64,000 nt of DNA from Candidatus Spechtbacterales bacterium (GCA_040902285.1 JBBDXP010000007.1:1042-65041); one strand, 5' to 3'. Shown: positions 35,909 to 45,775, counted from the first letter of the stretch. Numbers and translations are program-made. The notes: generated by a model not told the origin, from the sequence alone.

Positions 35909-38900
35909 TTATTTTTTTATTATGCCTATTTTCATGTTGCCTCTGCCGTAATCTTCCGCTGCCCAGGGAAATTCCGCGGTTGCGTCATATTTTTTGCCGT
36001 CTAAACTATATTCCATTATCTTGGATGTGTTTGTATCTGAAATTATCCTGCTTTCCATTTTATACAAAGTTCCGCGCAACTGTTCCGGTAAAGAATAATG
36101 CACTATTATTTTTTTATCGGGCTTTAGGCCTAAAGATTTTCTTAATTTTTGTATGTGCCTTATAATTTCTCGCACCTGTCCCTCGAGCACTAAATCGGGA
36201 GATAAAACCGTTTTTAGCGCTGTGTTTCCGGCGTTAGTTTTTTCATATGCCCAATCTTTTTTATTTTTTATATTTGGCGATAAAACAATCTCTCTTACAT
36301 TCAGTTCTTCTTTTAGAAGAACTTGGTATTGTTTTTCCATACCTTTGGGCACGGCAAAAGATTCCAGGGGCTGACGAACTTTTATGGAATTTTCGGCTCT
36401 TAATTTTAATCCTGTTCCGGCCAGCTCTCTTACAAGTTCCATTTTATCCAACGCGCTCTTTTCCGCCTTTGATAATTTTTTGTAAACCGGAAATTTTTCC
36501 CAATGCACGCTCTTTGAATCGTCCGCGTTTACTTCCTGCCAAATATGTTCGGAAAGAAACGGGATAAAAGAGGCCGACATCTTGGATGTTTCGCCTAAAA
36601 CAAATGCCAATGTTCCGGCGGCGTCTTTAAGCGAATTTTTATCTTCGGGCCTCTGTAATCTTTCGCGGGAACGCCTTATGTACCAATTTGAAAGGTCTTC
36701 CACAACAAAATTATCCAACCCACGAGCCGCGTCAAGCACATTATACGCATCCATATTGCCGGCTGTTTTTTCTCCAAGTTCCCTTAAGCGCAACAGTATC
36801 CATTTGTCCAAAATATGTTTTGAATTTATTTTATTAATCAATTTGGGCGCTTTTTGCTTTGGCGCGTATGTTTTGAGAAAAACAAGAGAATTGTACAGTG
36901 TGGAAATAAATTTCTGCATGCGCTCCCGGACATCTTTTTCACTGAAGCGTTTAACAAACCCGGGACCGTTAACCGTAAAAAAGTACCATCGGACAGAATC
37001 CATTCCGTATTTTTCGGCCAAATAAAAAGGATCTACTATATTACCTTTGCTTTTAGACATTTTTTGGCCTCTTTCGTCCAAAACATGTCCTAAAGATATA
37101 ACATTTTTATAAGATGGCGCCTTTCCAAGAACCGCCGAAACGGCAAGCATTGTATAAAACCATCCCCTTGTCTGATCCACAGCTTCGGCTATATAATCGG
37201 CCGGATATATTTTTCCTTTTTCCAAATTTCTTTTATTTTCAAAAGGATAATGCGCCTGCGCAAAAGGCATCGCGCCCGAATCAAACCACACATCGGCCAA
37301 ATCCTCCACCCTGCGCATTACGCCGTTTTCGGAATTGCAAGCGGTACAAGGAAAATTTATAGCGTCTATATACGGCCTGTGAAAATCCAATTCTCCGAAC
37401 TTGTTGTAAGGAAACTTGCTGTATTTTATTTTACGCAGCCGGCCCACAAGCGGATAATTCTTGCTCCTTCTTGCAAATGCTTCTTTGGTTGTAAGACCCA
37501 AAAGCGCGCTTTCCAATAGCCATAAAGGGTCTCCATGGCTAATTATCAATATCTTTTTATTTTTATATTTGTTTTCCAGTTCGTTCGCGACTTTCAGCAT
37601 GCGCGCCTGAACGCTTATAAGGTTTTCGCCTTTCGGCGGAGCTTTGGTAAACCTTTCTTCGGTAGAAGAAAAAATGCCAAGATAATCCTTTTCAGAGTGG
37701 CCTTCAAAAATTCCTACGCTCACATCGACAAGGCGTTGATCATAAATAACTTTTTTTCCAAGCTCTTTTGCCACAATTTCCGCAGTTTGACGAGTGCGGG
37801 TTAGTGGAGATGCAACGATAATATCAACGCCGCCCAGTTTTTTAAGCTCCTTTGTCGCGCGCCTTATATCATTTATGCCCTTTGGGATTAGGCCATATTT
37901 GAGCCCCTTTTCGGGATATCTGCTTGCCAGTATGTTTTTAACGTTTCTTTCCGACATGCCATGCCTTAAAAAATAGTATTTATTCGCGCTCTTTGTCATT
38001 TTTGCTATATCCGCGCGCGAACCTATAACTTCTGTGTGTGCGCATTCGGCGCATTTCCATATGGGAAGAGGGGTGCCCCAATATCGGGAGCGTGAAAAAG
38101 CCCAATCCTTAACATCGCGCAGCCACTCCCCGAATCGCCCCTGCTTTATATATTCGGGAAACCAATTTATTTTTTCATTTGCCGCAAGCAGCGTTTTTTT
38201 AAGGTCGCCCATGCGCACAAACCATGATTGCATCGCGTAGTAAAGAAGAGGCGTGCCGCATCTCCAGCAAAAAGGATACGAGTGTTTGTAAGGAGAGGAT
38301 TTGTATAACAAATCTTTCGTTTTCAAATAATCTATTATTCCGGTCTCGGCGTTTTTTACGAATTGTCCCTTAAAATCTTTTACCCTGTCTGTAAAAAGGC
38401 CGTTTTCATCTACGGTGTGAATTTTTGGAAGGTCGAACTTTTCAGCCAATTTATAGTCGTCTTCTCCATACATAACGGCCGTGTGCACGATACCCGTACC
38501 GTCTTCCGTGCTGACAAAATCCGCATTCACAACTATGTGCTTGTTTACCGAATCAACGTCCTTAAGAGAATCGAACAGTGGCTCGTACTCAATATTCATG
38601 GCGGACAGTTCTTTTCCAGATATCTCCTTTACAAGCTCGTACTTTCCGTTCAAAACGCTCAGCAAATCTTTTGCCAAAATGTAATATTCATTCCCCTGCT
38701 TTGCTATAACATAAGTTATTTTAGAACCCACTGCCAAAGCCACATTTCCGGGCAATGTCCAGGGAGTTGTTGTCCAGGCCAAAAGATATGTCTTTGCCTT
38801 AAAATTATAAGAGGACGGATTTTTAACCCTGAATTTTACAAAAACCGATTCTTCCACAATGTCTTTATACCCCTGCGCCACCTCGTGAGAAGAAAGTCCC

Positions 38901-39436
38901 GTGCCGCATCTCGTGCACCTGGGGGTTACTTTGTGCCCCTCATAAAGAAGATTATTTTCCCAGGCATTTTTAATAACCCACCAAAGCGTTTCCATGTATA
39001 AAGGGTCATAAGTTATATACGGATCTTTCATATCTATCCAAAAACCCATTCTTTCGGTTAAAAATTCCCAATCGCTCTTATATTTCCAAACGGATTGGCG
39101 GCATTTTTCATTGAATCTCGCTACTCCGTATTTTTCTATGTCTTTTTTATTCTTTAATCCCAATGCCTTTTCCACTTCCAGTTCCACGGGCAATCCGTGC
39201 GTGTCCCAGCCGGCCCGCCTCTCAACTCTAAAACCGCGCATTGTTTTATAGCGGCATACTATGTCTTTAAAAGAACGTGCCAGAACATGGTGCAGTCCGG
39301 GCCTTCCATTCGCAGTCGGGGGACCTTCATAAAATATAAATTGCCTTTTTTTCGGCCTTCCCGAAACGCTTTTTTCAAATGCTCCGATGCGTTTCCAGTT
39401 TTCCAATATCCTGTTTTCGAGTTTGTTAAAATCCAT
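35909..39436 (-). CDS. ileS: Isoleucyl-tRNA synthetase (type 2) with inserted histidine-phosphatase domain
   Basis: GPPTANGRPGLHH, GWDTHGLPVE, WTTTPWTLP, SRSRYWGTPLP, DQTRGWFY, KMSKSKGN; internal LRHG..SPLTRTRQTA..SHGD. Confidence 0.96.
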   Translation of the reverse strand: MDFNKLENRILENWKRIGAFEKSVSGRPKKRQFIFYEGPPTANGRPGLHHVLARSFKDIVCRYKTMRGFRVERRAGWDTHGLPVELEVEKALGLKNKKDIEKYGVARFNEKCRQSVWKYKSDWEFLTERMGFWIDMKDPYITYDPLYMETLWWVIKNAWENNLLYEGHKVTPRCTRCGTGLSSHEVAQGYKDIVEESVFVKFRVKNPSSYNFKAKTYLLAWTTTPWTLPGNVALAVGSKITYVIAKQGNEYYILAKDLLSVLNGKYELVKEISGKELSAMNIEYEPLFDSLKDVDSVNKHIVVNADFVSTEDGTGIVHTAVMYGEDDYKLAEKFDLPKIHTVDENGLFTDRVKDFKGQFVKNAETGIIDYLKTKDLLYKSSPYKHSYPFCWRCGTPLLYYAMQSWFVRMGDLKKTLLAANEKINWFPEYIKQGRFGEWLRDVKDWAFSRSRYWGTPLPIWKCAECAHTEVIGSRADIAKMTKSANKYYFLRHGMSERNVKNILASRYPEKGLKYGLIPKGINDIRRATKELKKLGGVDIIVASPLTRTRQTAEIVAKELGKKVIYDQRLVDVSVGIFEGHSEKDYLGIFSSTEERFTKAPPKGENLISVQARMLKVANELENKYKNKKILIISHGDPLWLLESALLGLTTKEAFARRSKNYPLVGRLRKIKYSKFPYNKFGELDFHRPYIDAINFPCTACNSENGVMRRVEDLADVWFDSGAMPFAQAHYPFENKRNLEKGKIYPADYIAEAVDQTRGWFYTMLAVSAVLGKAPSYKNVISLGHVLDERGQKMSKSKGNIVDPFYLAEKYGMDSVRWYFFTVNGPGFVKRFSEKDVRERMQKFISTLYNSLVFLKTYAPKQKAPKLINKINSKHILDKWILLRLRELGEKTAGNMDAYNVLDAARGLDNFVVEDLSNWYIRRSRERLQRPEDKNSLKDAAGTLAFVLGETSKMSASFIPFLSEHIWQEVNADDSKSVHWEKFPVYKKLSKAEKSALDKMELVRELAGTGLKLRAENSIKVRQPLESFAVPKGMEKQYQVLLKEELNVREIVLSPNIKNKKDWAYEKTNAGNTALKTVLSPDLVLEGQVREIIRHIQKLRKSLGLKPDKKIIVHYSLPEQLRGTLYKMESRIISDTNTSKIMEYSLDGKKYDATAEFPWAAEDYGRGNMKIGIIKK

Positions 39437-39446
39437 AATTTCTTGT

Positions 39447-41042
39447 TTACATCTTTTCTGGAGCTTTAATGCCTAAAAGCGCAAGACACTGCCTCATTAC
39501 AATTCCCGTAGCAACAGCCAGAGCATATCTGGCTTTTTTGTCGTTTTCGTCTTCTGTCAGCACTTTGAAATCTCTGTAAAATTGATTAAATTCCTGAGCC
39601 AGTTCCGTAACGTAACCCGATAGGCGATGCACCTGGTAATCCTCGGCTGTGTCTTTCGCAACATCGGGAAAAGCCGATATTTTGCGTACCAAATCAAACT
39701 CGCCCGCTTCTTTTAAAGCGCCGAGGTCAGATTTTTGTATTTCCTCTGTTATATTTATTTTTCTTAATATCCCGCATATTCTGGCATGCGTGTACTGTAT
39801 GTAATAAACCGGATTTTTTTGAGATTGCTTTTGAGCAAATTTAATATCAAATTCCATTTGGCTATCCAGGGATTTGGTAAGATAAAAAAACCTAACAGCA
39901 TCCAGACCTACGGTATTTATAAGATCCTCCACAGTAACGATTGTTCCTTTTCTTTTGGACAATTTACCGCCCCCTTTTAAAAGGACGACTTGCGCAATTA
40001 GCATAGTCACATTCTTTATGCCTAAAATTTTAAGAGCCGCTTTCATTCTGCCCACATGCCCGTGATGATCGGCGCCCCATATATCTATTATTTTTTTATA
40101 TCCCCGTTTTGCTTTATTGCGATGATATGCTAAATCCGGCAAAAAATAGGTCGGTTCTCCACTGCTTCTTACAAGAACCTGGTCTTGTTTGTCTCCGTAT
40201 TTTGAGGTTTTAAGCCAAAGCGCGCCTTCGTTTTTGTACACAACACCTTTTTTTTCGAGATCTTTTACGATTTTGTCCACTTCTTTCTTTTTGTATAAAT
40301 CTTCTTCTTCATACCACACATCGAACTTTACCTCCGCCTTGTTATCGAGAATACTCTTTATGTCTTCTTGTATTTTATTGGCGATAAAGTGTCCGGCCGC
40401 CCCGTAATCTTTAAATCGTTTAAGAGATTTGGCGTACTGTTTCATTTTTTTGCTTAAATAAGGGCCTTTATATGAGCTGCCCTTCCCAAGAACGGTTTTT
40501 CCAAGTTCTTTTATCTGCGAACTTTGCCGCGCATTGTTCACATAATATTCTCTTATTACCTTAAAGCCGGCAAATTCCATCACAGACGCCATAACATCCC
40601 CGTAAAAAAACGTGCGCGCGTGTCCGACATGCAATTCTCCGGTAGGATTAACAGAGCCAAATTCAATATTCACGCTCTTTTTTTTTGCGTTAGAGCTTCC
40701 GTACTGCTTGTCTTTGAATACTTTATTCAATTCTTTGAGCAAATAATCTTCGGATAAATAAAAGTTTATAAACCCGGGAGGGGCAACGCGTATATCTTTT
40801 ATGGCTTTGGCAAGCTTTTCATCTTTTAAAAGTTCCTCGCGCAGTATTTTGGCCACCGTTTTGGGTTTTCTGCCGGAAAAAGATGCTATTTGCATGGCAG
40901 TTGAAACCGAATAATCCCCGAAATCTCTTCTTTGAGGCCTTTCAACCCGCACATTAAAAGACGCGGGAGGGACATCTCCCTTGTTTTCCAGCTCCTGAAT
41001 TGATTTTTTTACGCTTCTTTGTATAGTGTCACGTACAGCCAT
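39447..41042 (-). CDS. argS: Arginyl-tRNA synthetase
   Basis: EFGSVNPTGELHVGHAR, WGADHHGH, KLSKRKG, YIQYTHARI, APEKM. Confidence 0.97.
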   Translation of the reverse strand: MAVRDTIQRSVKKSIQELENKGDVPPASFNVRVERPQRRDFGDYSVSTAMQIASFSGRKPKTVAKILREELLKDEKLAKAIKDIRVAPPGFINFYLSEDYLLKELNKVFKDKQYGSSNAKKKSVNIEFGSVNPTGELHVGHARTFFYGDVMASVMEFAGFKVIREYYVNNARQSSQIKELGKTVLGKGSSYKGPYLSKKMKQYAKSLKRFKDYGAAGHFIANKIQEDIKSILDNKAEVKFDVWYEEEDLYKKKEVDKIVKDLEKKGVVYKNEGALWLKTSKYGDKQDQVLVRSSGEPTYFLPDLAYHRNKAKRGYKKIIDIWGADHHGHVGRMKAALKILGIKNVTMLIAQVVLLKGGGKLSKRKGTIVTVEDLINTVGLDAVRFFYLTKSLDSQMEFDIKFAQKQSQKNPVYYIQYTHARICGILRKINITEEIQKSDLGALKEAGEFDLVRKISAFPDVAKDTAEDYQVHRLSGYVTELAQEFNQFYRDFKVLTEDENDKKARYALAVATGIVMRQCLALLGIKAPEKM

Positions 41043-41134
41043 AAGATTGGTTAAACCACTAATTTACTTTATAACCCAATTTCGGCCACATAAAAAGAGC
41101 TTTCATTGTTATTTGCTAAGCCAATAGTTATTAT

Positions 41135-41608
41135 ATGAGTGTCACTCCTATGTCAGAAAAAGTTTACGCAAAAAATAAAAAGGCGTTTTTTGACTATAAT
41201 ATCCTTGATACTTATGAGGCAGGAATAAAGTTAAAGGGATATGAGGTCAAATCAATAAAAAAGGGGCTTGCGGATCTGCAGGGCAGTTTTGCAATTATAC
41301 GGGGGCAGGAAGCATACATAACAAATATGGCCGTGCCACCTTACCAGAAAGAAAATATACCTCAAAATTATGACGCCGAGCGCACAAGACAGCTTCTTTT
41401 GCATAAAAAACAGATAAAAGAATTGGAAGAAACGCTCAAAAGAGGCGGGTTGACTTTAATACCCCTTAAATTGTATAATAAGAAAGGTCTTGTGAAGGTT
41501 GAATTGGCGCTTTCCCGTGGAAAAAGAAAATACGACAAAAGACAGACAATAAAGAAAAGGGAAGACGAAAGAAAGATACGAAGATCATTGAAAAGATCAG
41601 GAGTGTGA
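41135..41608 (+). CDS. smpB: SsrA-binding protein
   Basis: NKKAFFDY..EAGIKLKGYEVKSI, LLLHKKQI, GKRKYDKRQTIK. The start may be 41150. Confidence 0.96.
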   Translation: MSVTPMSEKVYAKNKKAFFDYNILDTYEAGIKLKGYEVKSIKKGLADLQGSFAIIRGQEAYITNMAVPPYQKENIPQNYDAERTRQLLLHKKQIKELEETLKRGGLTLIPLKLYNKKGLVKVELALSRGKRKYDKRQTIKKREDERKIRRSLKRSGV

Positions 41609-41633
41609 GATTCTGTTCGAATCTCACACTCCT
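41599..41633. repeat. Perfect 15-bp hairpin between smpB and tmRNA
   Basis: AGGAGTGTGAGATTC-tgttc-GAATCTCACACTCCT. Confidence 0.9.
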
Positions 41634-41635
41634 AT

Positions 41636-41986
41636 GGGAGCGGCTTACGCGGCTTCGATAAGTTCTTATTAGTATAAATTGCAGATCGAGTGCGCCTGAA
41701 TCTCGCAAAACTTCGGGCAACCCTTTAAGTGCAAACAAACAACCAGCACTTGCTTACGCATAAATTCCGTAAGCCATCGCACTAAATGATTCCTGATAGT
41801 TTAGATGCGGTGTCATTCATCAGGATAGCCAAACGCTCGTCCGCGCGTTCGGTGAAAATTAGGGCTAGGATATTACGGTGTTTTGTTTATTTTTTAGCCG
41901 TTTTATCCGAACAATAAAAATAAACTATATCTGTAGACATTTATGCCGATACGGCTTACACAGGGGTTCGAATCCCCTCGCTTCCA
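41636..41986 (+). ncRNA. ssrA: tmRNA
   Basis: 5' GGGAGCG pairs with 3' CGCTTCC-A, including the G3:U alanine identity pair; T-arm AGGGGTTCGAATCCCCT; tag ORF 41731-41763 ANKQPALAYA*; follows smpB. Confidence 0.93.
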
Positions 41987-42014
41987 CATTAGTGTTAAAA
42001 ATTTAAGTTAAAAT

Positions 42015-42548
42015 TTGATACCCTATAGAAATTTCCAAAAAAATAATCAATCTCGCAAAAACGAGCAGATTAAGGCGCCTGAAGTACGCCTTTTAGATGA
42101 AAAGGGAAATAATTTAGGGATTGTAAAAACAATAGAAGCTATAAATAAAGCCCGCGAAAGTGGGCTTGATTTGATTGAAATATCCCCAAAAGCTAACCCT
42201 CCTGTGGCGCGTATAATGGACTTTGGAAAATATACATACCAACAGGAAAAAAAGCAAAAAGACGCCAAAAAGAAGCAGGAAATAGGAAATGTGATGAAAG
42301 GCGTTCGCATAGGTATGCAAACATCTGAACATGATACAGGCATAAAGGCCTCCAGAGTAGACAAGTTTTTAAAAAAAGGTTATAAAGTCAGGGTTGAATT
42401 GATAATGCGGGGCCGAGAAAAAGCTCTTGAAGACATGGCTAACACGAAGATAAATAATTTTTTATCCTCTCTCGGTGAAGAACATGAGGTTGAACAGGGT
42501 CCTAAAAAAAGCCCGCGTGGAATATACCTGATACTTAAAAAGAAATAA
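42015..42548 (+). CDS. infC: Translation initiation factor IF-3
   Basis: NEQIKAPEVRL, LDLIEISP..PPVARIMDFGKY, RGRE; non-AUG start (TTG or ATA). Confidence 0.95.
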   Translation: MIPYRNFQKNNQSRKNEQIKAPEVRLLDEKGNNLGIVKTIEAINKARESGLDLIEISPKANPPVARIMDFGKYTYQQEKKQKDAKKKQEIGNVMKGVRIGMQTSEHDTGIKASRVDKFLKKGYKVRVELIMRGREKALEDMANTKINNFLSSLGEEHEVEQGPKKSPRGIYLILKKK

Positions 42549-42760
42549 TGGCACGAATTACAAAACAAAAACTTAAAACAAAAAAGGCCGTAGCAAAGCG
42601 TTTTAAAATAACGGCCAAAGGAAAAGTTATGCGCAGGCGTGCCGGCATAAGCCATTTAAACGCGAAACAGTCCGGAGCGCAAAGAAGAGAAAAAAGAAAA
42701 TGGAGCCGAGTATCCAAAGCTGAAGAAAATAAATTAAAAAAACTTTTGCCTTATAGCTAA
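42548..42760 (+). CDS. rpmI: 50S ribosomal protein L35
   Basis: KLKTKKAVAKRFKITAKGK..H; position between infC and rplT. Confidence 0.95.
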   Translation: MARITKQKLKTKKAVAKRFKITAKGKVMRRRAGISHLNAKQSGAQRREKRKWSRVSKAEENKLKKLLPYS

Positions 42761-42782
42761 CAAGTTCAGGCTTTAAAAAACT

Positions 42783-43127
42783 ATGCCTAGATCAAAACGA
42801 GGAACATTAAGAACCAAAAAAAGAAAAAAAGTATTACAACATACCAAGGGCTTCAAATGGCGAAGGAAAAATGTTTTCCGTTTGGCTAAAGACGCGATGC
42901 GTCATGCCATGGCAAACGCGTTTGTTGGAAGAAAACAGAAAAAAAGAAATATGCGCCAGTTGTGGCAAATAAAGATAAACGCCGCATCCCGCAAAAATGA
43001 CACTACATACAGCAAATTCATGCATGCTTTAAAGCAGAAAAATATCGAACTGGATAGAAAGGTTTTAGCCGATCTTGCCGAAAACGACCCCGAAGTATTC
43101 GCTAAGCTCGTCGAAAAAGTAAGGTAA
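42783..43127 (+). CDS. rplT: 50S ribosomal protein L20
   Basis: RKQKKRNMRQLW..INAA, YSKFM, LDRKVLADLA. Confidence 0.97.
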   Translation: MPRSKRGTLRTKKRKKVLQHTKGFKWRRKNVFRLAKDAMRHAMANAFVGRKQKKRNMRQLWQIKINAASRKNDTTYSKFMHALKQKNIELDRKVLADLAENDPEVFAKLVEKVR

Positions 43128-43147
43128 AAACAAAAGCAGTCAATATT

Positions 43148-43173
43148 AAATCCCTCCTTGCAAGGAGGGATTT
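43148..43173. terminator. Bidirectional terminator (perfect 26-bp palindrome)
   Basis: AAATCCCTCCTTGCAAGGAGGGATTT between convergent operons. Confidence 0.8.
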
Positions 43174-44201
43174 TAGTAAAATTTTCTATAAAATGAAAGA
43201 ACTAATACGGACAACCAAAGAGGGAAAAAGAGCAACCATGCCATGTCGGTTGCGCGCAATACCTCGCTAGTTTGTATAACTTGATAGTCCGAGGACAGGG
43301 TGGAATTTATATAAGAAATTATTTCTTCCGATTGCTTATAGTTAAAGTATTGTCCTTCGGTTCCATCTGAAATTCTCGCTAAATTCTCTTCTTCCAATAC
43401 CGAATTGAATACTCCGACATTCGTTAACTTAGCATATTCCCCGGTAAACACTCCGTTATCATCGAACAGGGGGATTTTCCATCCGTTCTCGGATCCTATT
43501 CCTACTGAAATTACCGAGAGGTTGGCCTGGCGAAGCAAACTAATCGCTTCACCAAATCCTTGCGACGGACTCTGGCCGTCAGCAAGAAGTATGACATGTG
43601 ATACATTTGCCAATTCGGGAACCGACATCTTTTTTTTTGCAACCACCGCCAAAGCGTTGGGTAAAGTTGATCCTTCGTGCGATATAATGCCAACATGCAA
43701 GCTGTTTTTGACCGCATCCGTTAAACTTTCATAATCCGAAGTCAAATTAGTCAAAGAAAATGTTAATCCGGAAAATCCGTAAATCTGAAACCTTGCTGTT
43801 CCTGTTTCGTCTATGATTTTCTGAACCAACTGGCGCGCAAGCCCCATCTGGCTTTCTCCATCAGGTGTTGGTCTCGCATCCATACTGCGCGAAACATCCA
43901 CCATGATTATGTAATCTCCCCGAGGAGTTGTTTCAGGAGGACCATATTCTACAATTTGAGGGCCTACTATCAGGGCGCTTAAGCTTCCGAGCAAAATGCC
44001 CCATGTAACTGCCAAAGCAACATATATTTTGAATGATCCCGCTCGCATCTTAAACGCTCTTAGGAAAGAATTATCAGCCCTGCGAGAATAAAAGAATATA
44101 AGCGTTGCAACAATGGGAATAAAGATTAACAGGACAAGAAATTCCGGGCGGGCGAATTCTATCTGCCCGCCCCTTGAAAGAGCTTTAATAACTTCGTTCA
44201 T
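43173..44201 (-). CDS. vWA-domain membrane protein (MxaL/BatB-like)
   Basis: N-terminal TMs, MIDAS DVSRSM, LLADG, VGIG, C-terminal TM. Start approximate. Confidence 0.8.
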   Translation of the reverse strand: MNEVIKALSRGGQIEFARPEFLVLLIFIPIVATLIFFYSRRADNSFLRAFKMRAGSFKIYVALAVTWGILLGSLSALIVGPQIVEYGPPETTPRGDYIIMVDVSRSMDARPTPDGESQMGLARQLVQKIIDETGTARFQIYGFSGLTFSLTNLTSDYESLTDAVKNSLHVGIISHEGSTLPNALAVVAKKKMSVPELANVSHVILLADGQSPSQGFGEAISLLRQANLSVISVGIGSENGWKIPLFDDNGVFTGEYAKLTNVGVFNSVLEEENLARISDGTEGQYFNYKQSEEIISYINSTLSSDYQVIQTSEVLRATDMAWLLFFPLWLSVLVLSFYRKFY

Positions 44202-44724
44202 TGCCTTCATTCCTTCCCGGTTTTTCACCATCCCCGGGATACTGCTCATAAAACTCATCTATCATCTGCTGAGCATCCTCGGGATTTTCACCCCTCTTGG
44301 CAAGTTCTTTCTGCAATGTTTCAAGCAGAAGATTCTGCACCAATTCCAGATTTTTTCTTATATCCGTATCTTGAGGACTGCCCCTTAGAGCTTCCTCCAG
44401 AATGTTTCTGATTTGGAAAAGAGCATCGGAATCCAGATCATCTCGGTAAAGCATTGCCAGCGCAAGGTTGTACTTAGCGCTAACACTTATATCGGGTTCA
44501 TCGGATGCGGAAATAATCGCTTCGGCGAATCTTTCCTGCGCCTTTTCTATCTCTTGTTTTTCCAAAAGCGCCACTCCGTCGTTGTAAACGGAGTGCGGGC
44601 CGGACTCGCCAAACATAATTGAAAAAGCGGCTGAAACAGCTAAAACCAATCCCAGAATGGCGAGAAGAATGATAGCAGCTTCTCTCCATAAATGTCTAAA
44701 CAACTGTTTTGCCGAGCCGATCAT
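44185..44724 (-). CDS. TPR-like protein (MxaK/BatC-like)
   Basis: TM, YNDG, AKYNLALA, EALRGSPQDTDIRKNLEL; SD GGAGGTG. Confidence 0.7.
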   Translation of the reverse strand: MIGSAKQLFRHLWREAAIILLAILGLVLAVSAAFSIMFGESGPHSVYNDGVALLEKQEIEKAQERFAEAIISASDEPDISVSAKYNLALAMLYRDDLDSDALFQIRNILEEALRGSPQDTDIRKNLELVQNLLLETLQKELAKRGENPEDAQQMIDEFYEQYPGDGEKPGRNEGNERSY

Positions 44725-44725
44725 T

Positions 44726-45772
44726 CTATCCACCTCCTCTCGCTCGCCTAAGTAACATTTCGCCAGCAATGGCAAAAATAAACAGGAATCCAAAAACTGC
44801 CAGTCCTGTCTGCAACCTCAAATCATTTTTCTCCGCGGGTACCACCTCTTTTATGATAAGAGGGGAAGATTCCAATTCGGAGATGCGCTCGTATGCCTCA
44901 GACATATCCGCTCCCAAACTCGCATTGAACACCCAAACCCTCGGGTTTTTTGCCATCCTTTGCCTAAACATATCAATCGTTTTTTCATTGCGGGAATTTG
45001 CCAAGACATACACTCGTATGCCGTTTTTGGTAAGAGAGTTAATTGCCTCCTCAACTTCTCCCAGGCGATCCTGCAGGTCCGTCAGAAGAATAACAGCTCC
45101 GTCCCTAAGGCCCTCTTCCACATATATGTCGTAGAATACTTGCCCCGCGGCATAAAGTGCCCTGGGCGTATGCGTGCCACCGGAAAAAATAGACAATTGC
45201 GATCCGCCAAATTCCCCGTAGGGTCCTCTCATCGGACGATTGATATTCATGTACGCCAACTCCCTTGCCAAATCTTTGGTTTCGAGCGTCGGGCGGCGCC
45301 ATATGAGAGACCAATCGGAATAGAATATGAATCCGGCCCGTATATTTTCCTGCGACTCAAGAAAGTCAACTGCTTGATCTCTCGACATTTCAAAGACGGT
45401 TTGTTCCCCGGAGGGACTTTTTAACTTCATGCTCCCTGAGACGTCAAGCGCCACCATTATTGTGCGTACATTCTCTATGGTACGCGTTCTGGAAATCTCT
45501 CCAACATTCTGGCTGTAAGGCCCGGCTGTTGTCGCTCCAATACCTACAATCGCTAATGCCAAAAAGAACATGCGCATATAAGAGGCGGTTCTGGCTTTTC
45601 TGATTTGCTTCTTGTAAATATCCTTCAATTCAGCGAGGCCGATATCTCCCTTTTGGCGTTTTTTCATTTGGAGCAATTTTACTGTTACAAGCAAGCCGGC
45701 CAAGAAAATTCCCGCCAGTAAGAAAACTGGGGAGGCAAATTGAAGGTCTTTCAACTCAAGTAAAAGATCCAT
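44726..45772 (-). CDS. vWA-domain membrane protein (MxaC/BatA-like)
   Basis: FASP N-terminus, DVSGSM MIDAS, GGT, ILLTD, C-terminal TM. Confidence 0.8.
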   Translation of the reverse strand: MDLLLELKDLQFASPVFLLAGIFLAGLLVTVKLLQMKKRQKGDIGLAELKDIYKKQIRKARTASYMRMFFLALAIVGIGATTAGPYSQNVGEISRTRTIENVRTIMVALDVSGSMKLKSPSGEQTVFEMSRDQAVDFLESQENIRAGFIFYSDWSLIWRRPTLETKDLARELAYMNINRPMRGPYGEFGGSQLSIFSGGTHTPRALYAAGQVFYDIYVEEGLRDGAVILLTDLQDRLGEVEEAINSLTKNGIRVYVLANSRNEKTIDMFRQRMAKNPRVWVFNASLGADMSEAYERISELESSPLIIKEVVPAEKNDLRLQTGLAVFGFLFIFAIAGEMLLRRARGGG

Positions 45773-45775
45773 TTT

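Noticed and set aside
37410-37985. Intein or intron in ileS
   Set aside because: No intein splice-junction motifs or homing endonuclease; the insert has histidine-phosphatase motifs and the frame is open.
1-41042. Clustering of six aminoacyl-tRNA synthetase genes as a dedicated system
   Set aside because: They are interspersed with unrelated genes, no shared T-box-like leaders were seen, and the density is plausible for a small genome.
41636-42014. Island integrated at the tmRNA 3' end
   Set aside because: infC follows within 30 nt and no repeat of the 3' end was found.
42015-42020. Non-AUG start of infC as a novelty
   Set aside because: This is the well-established IF3 autoregulation feature.
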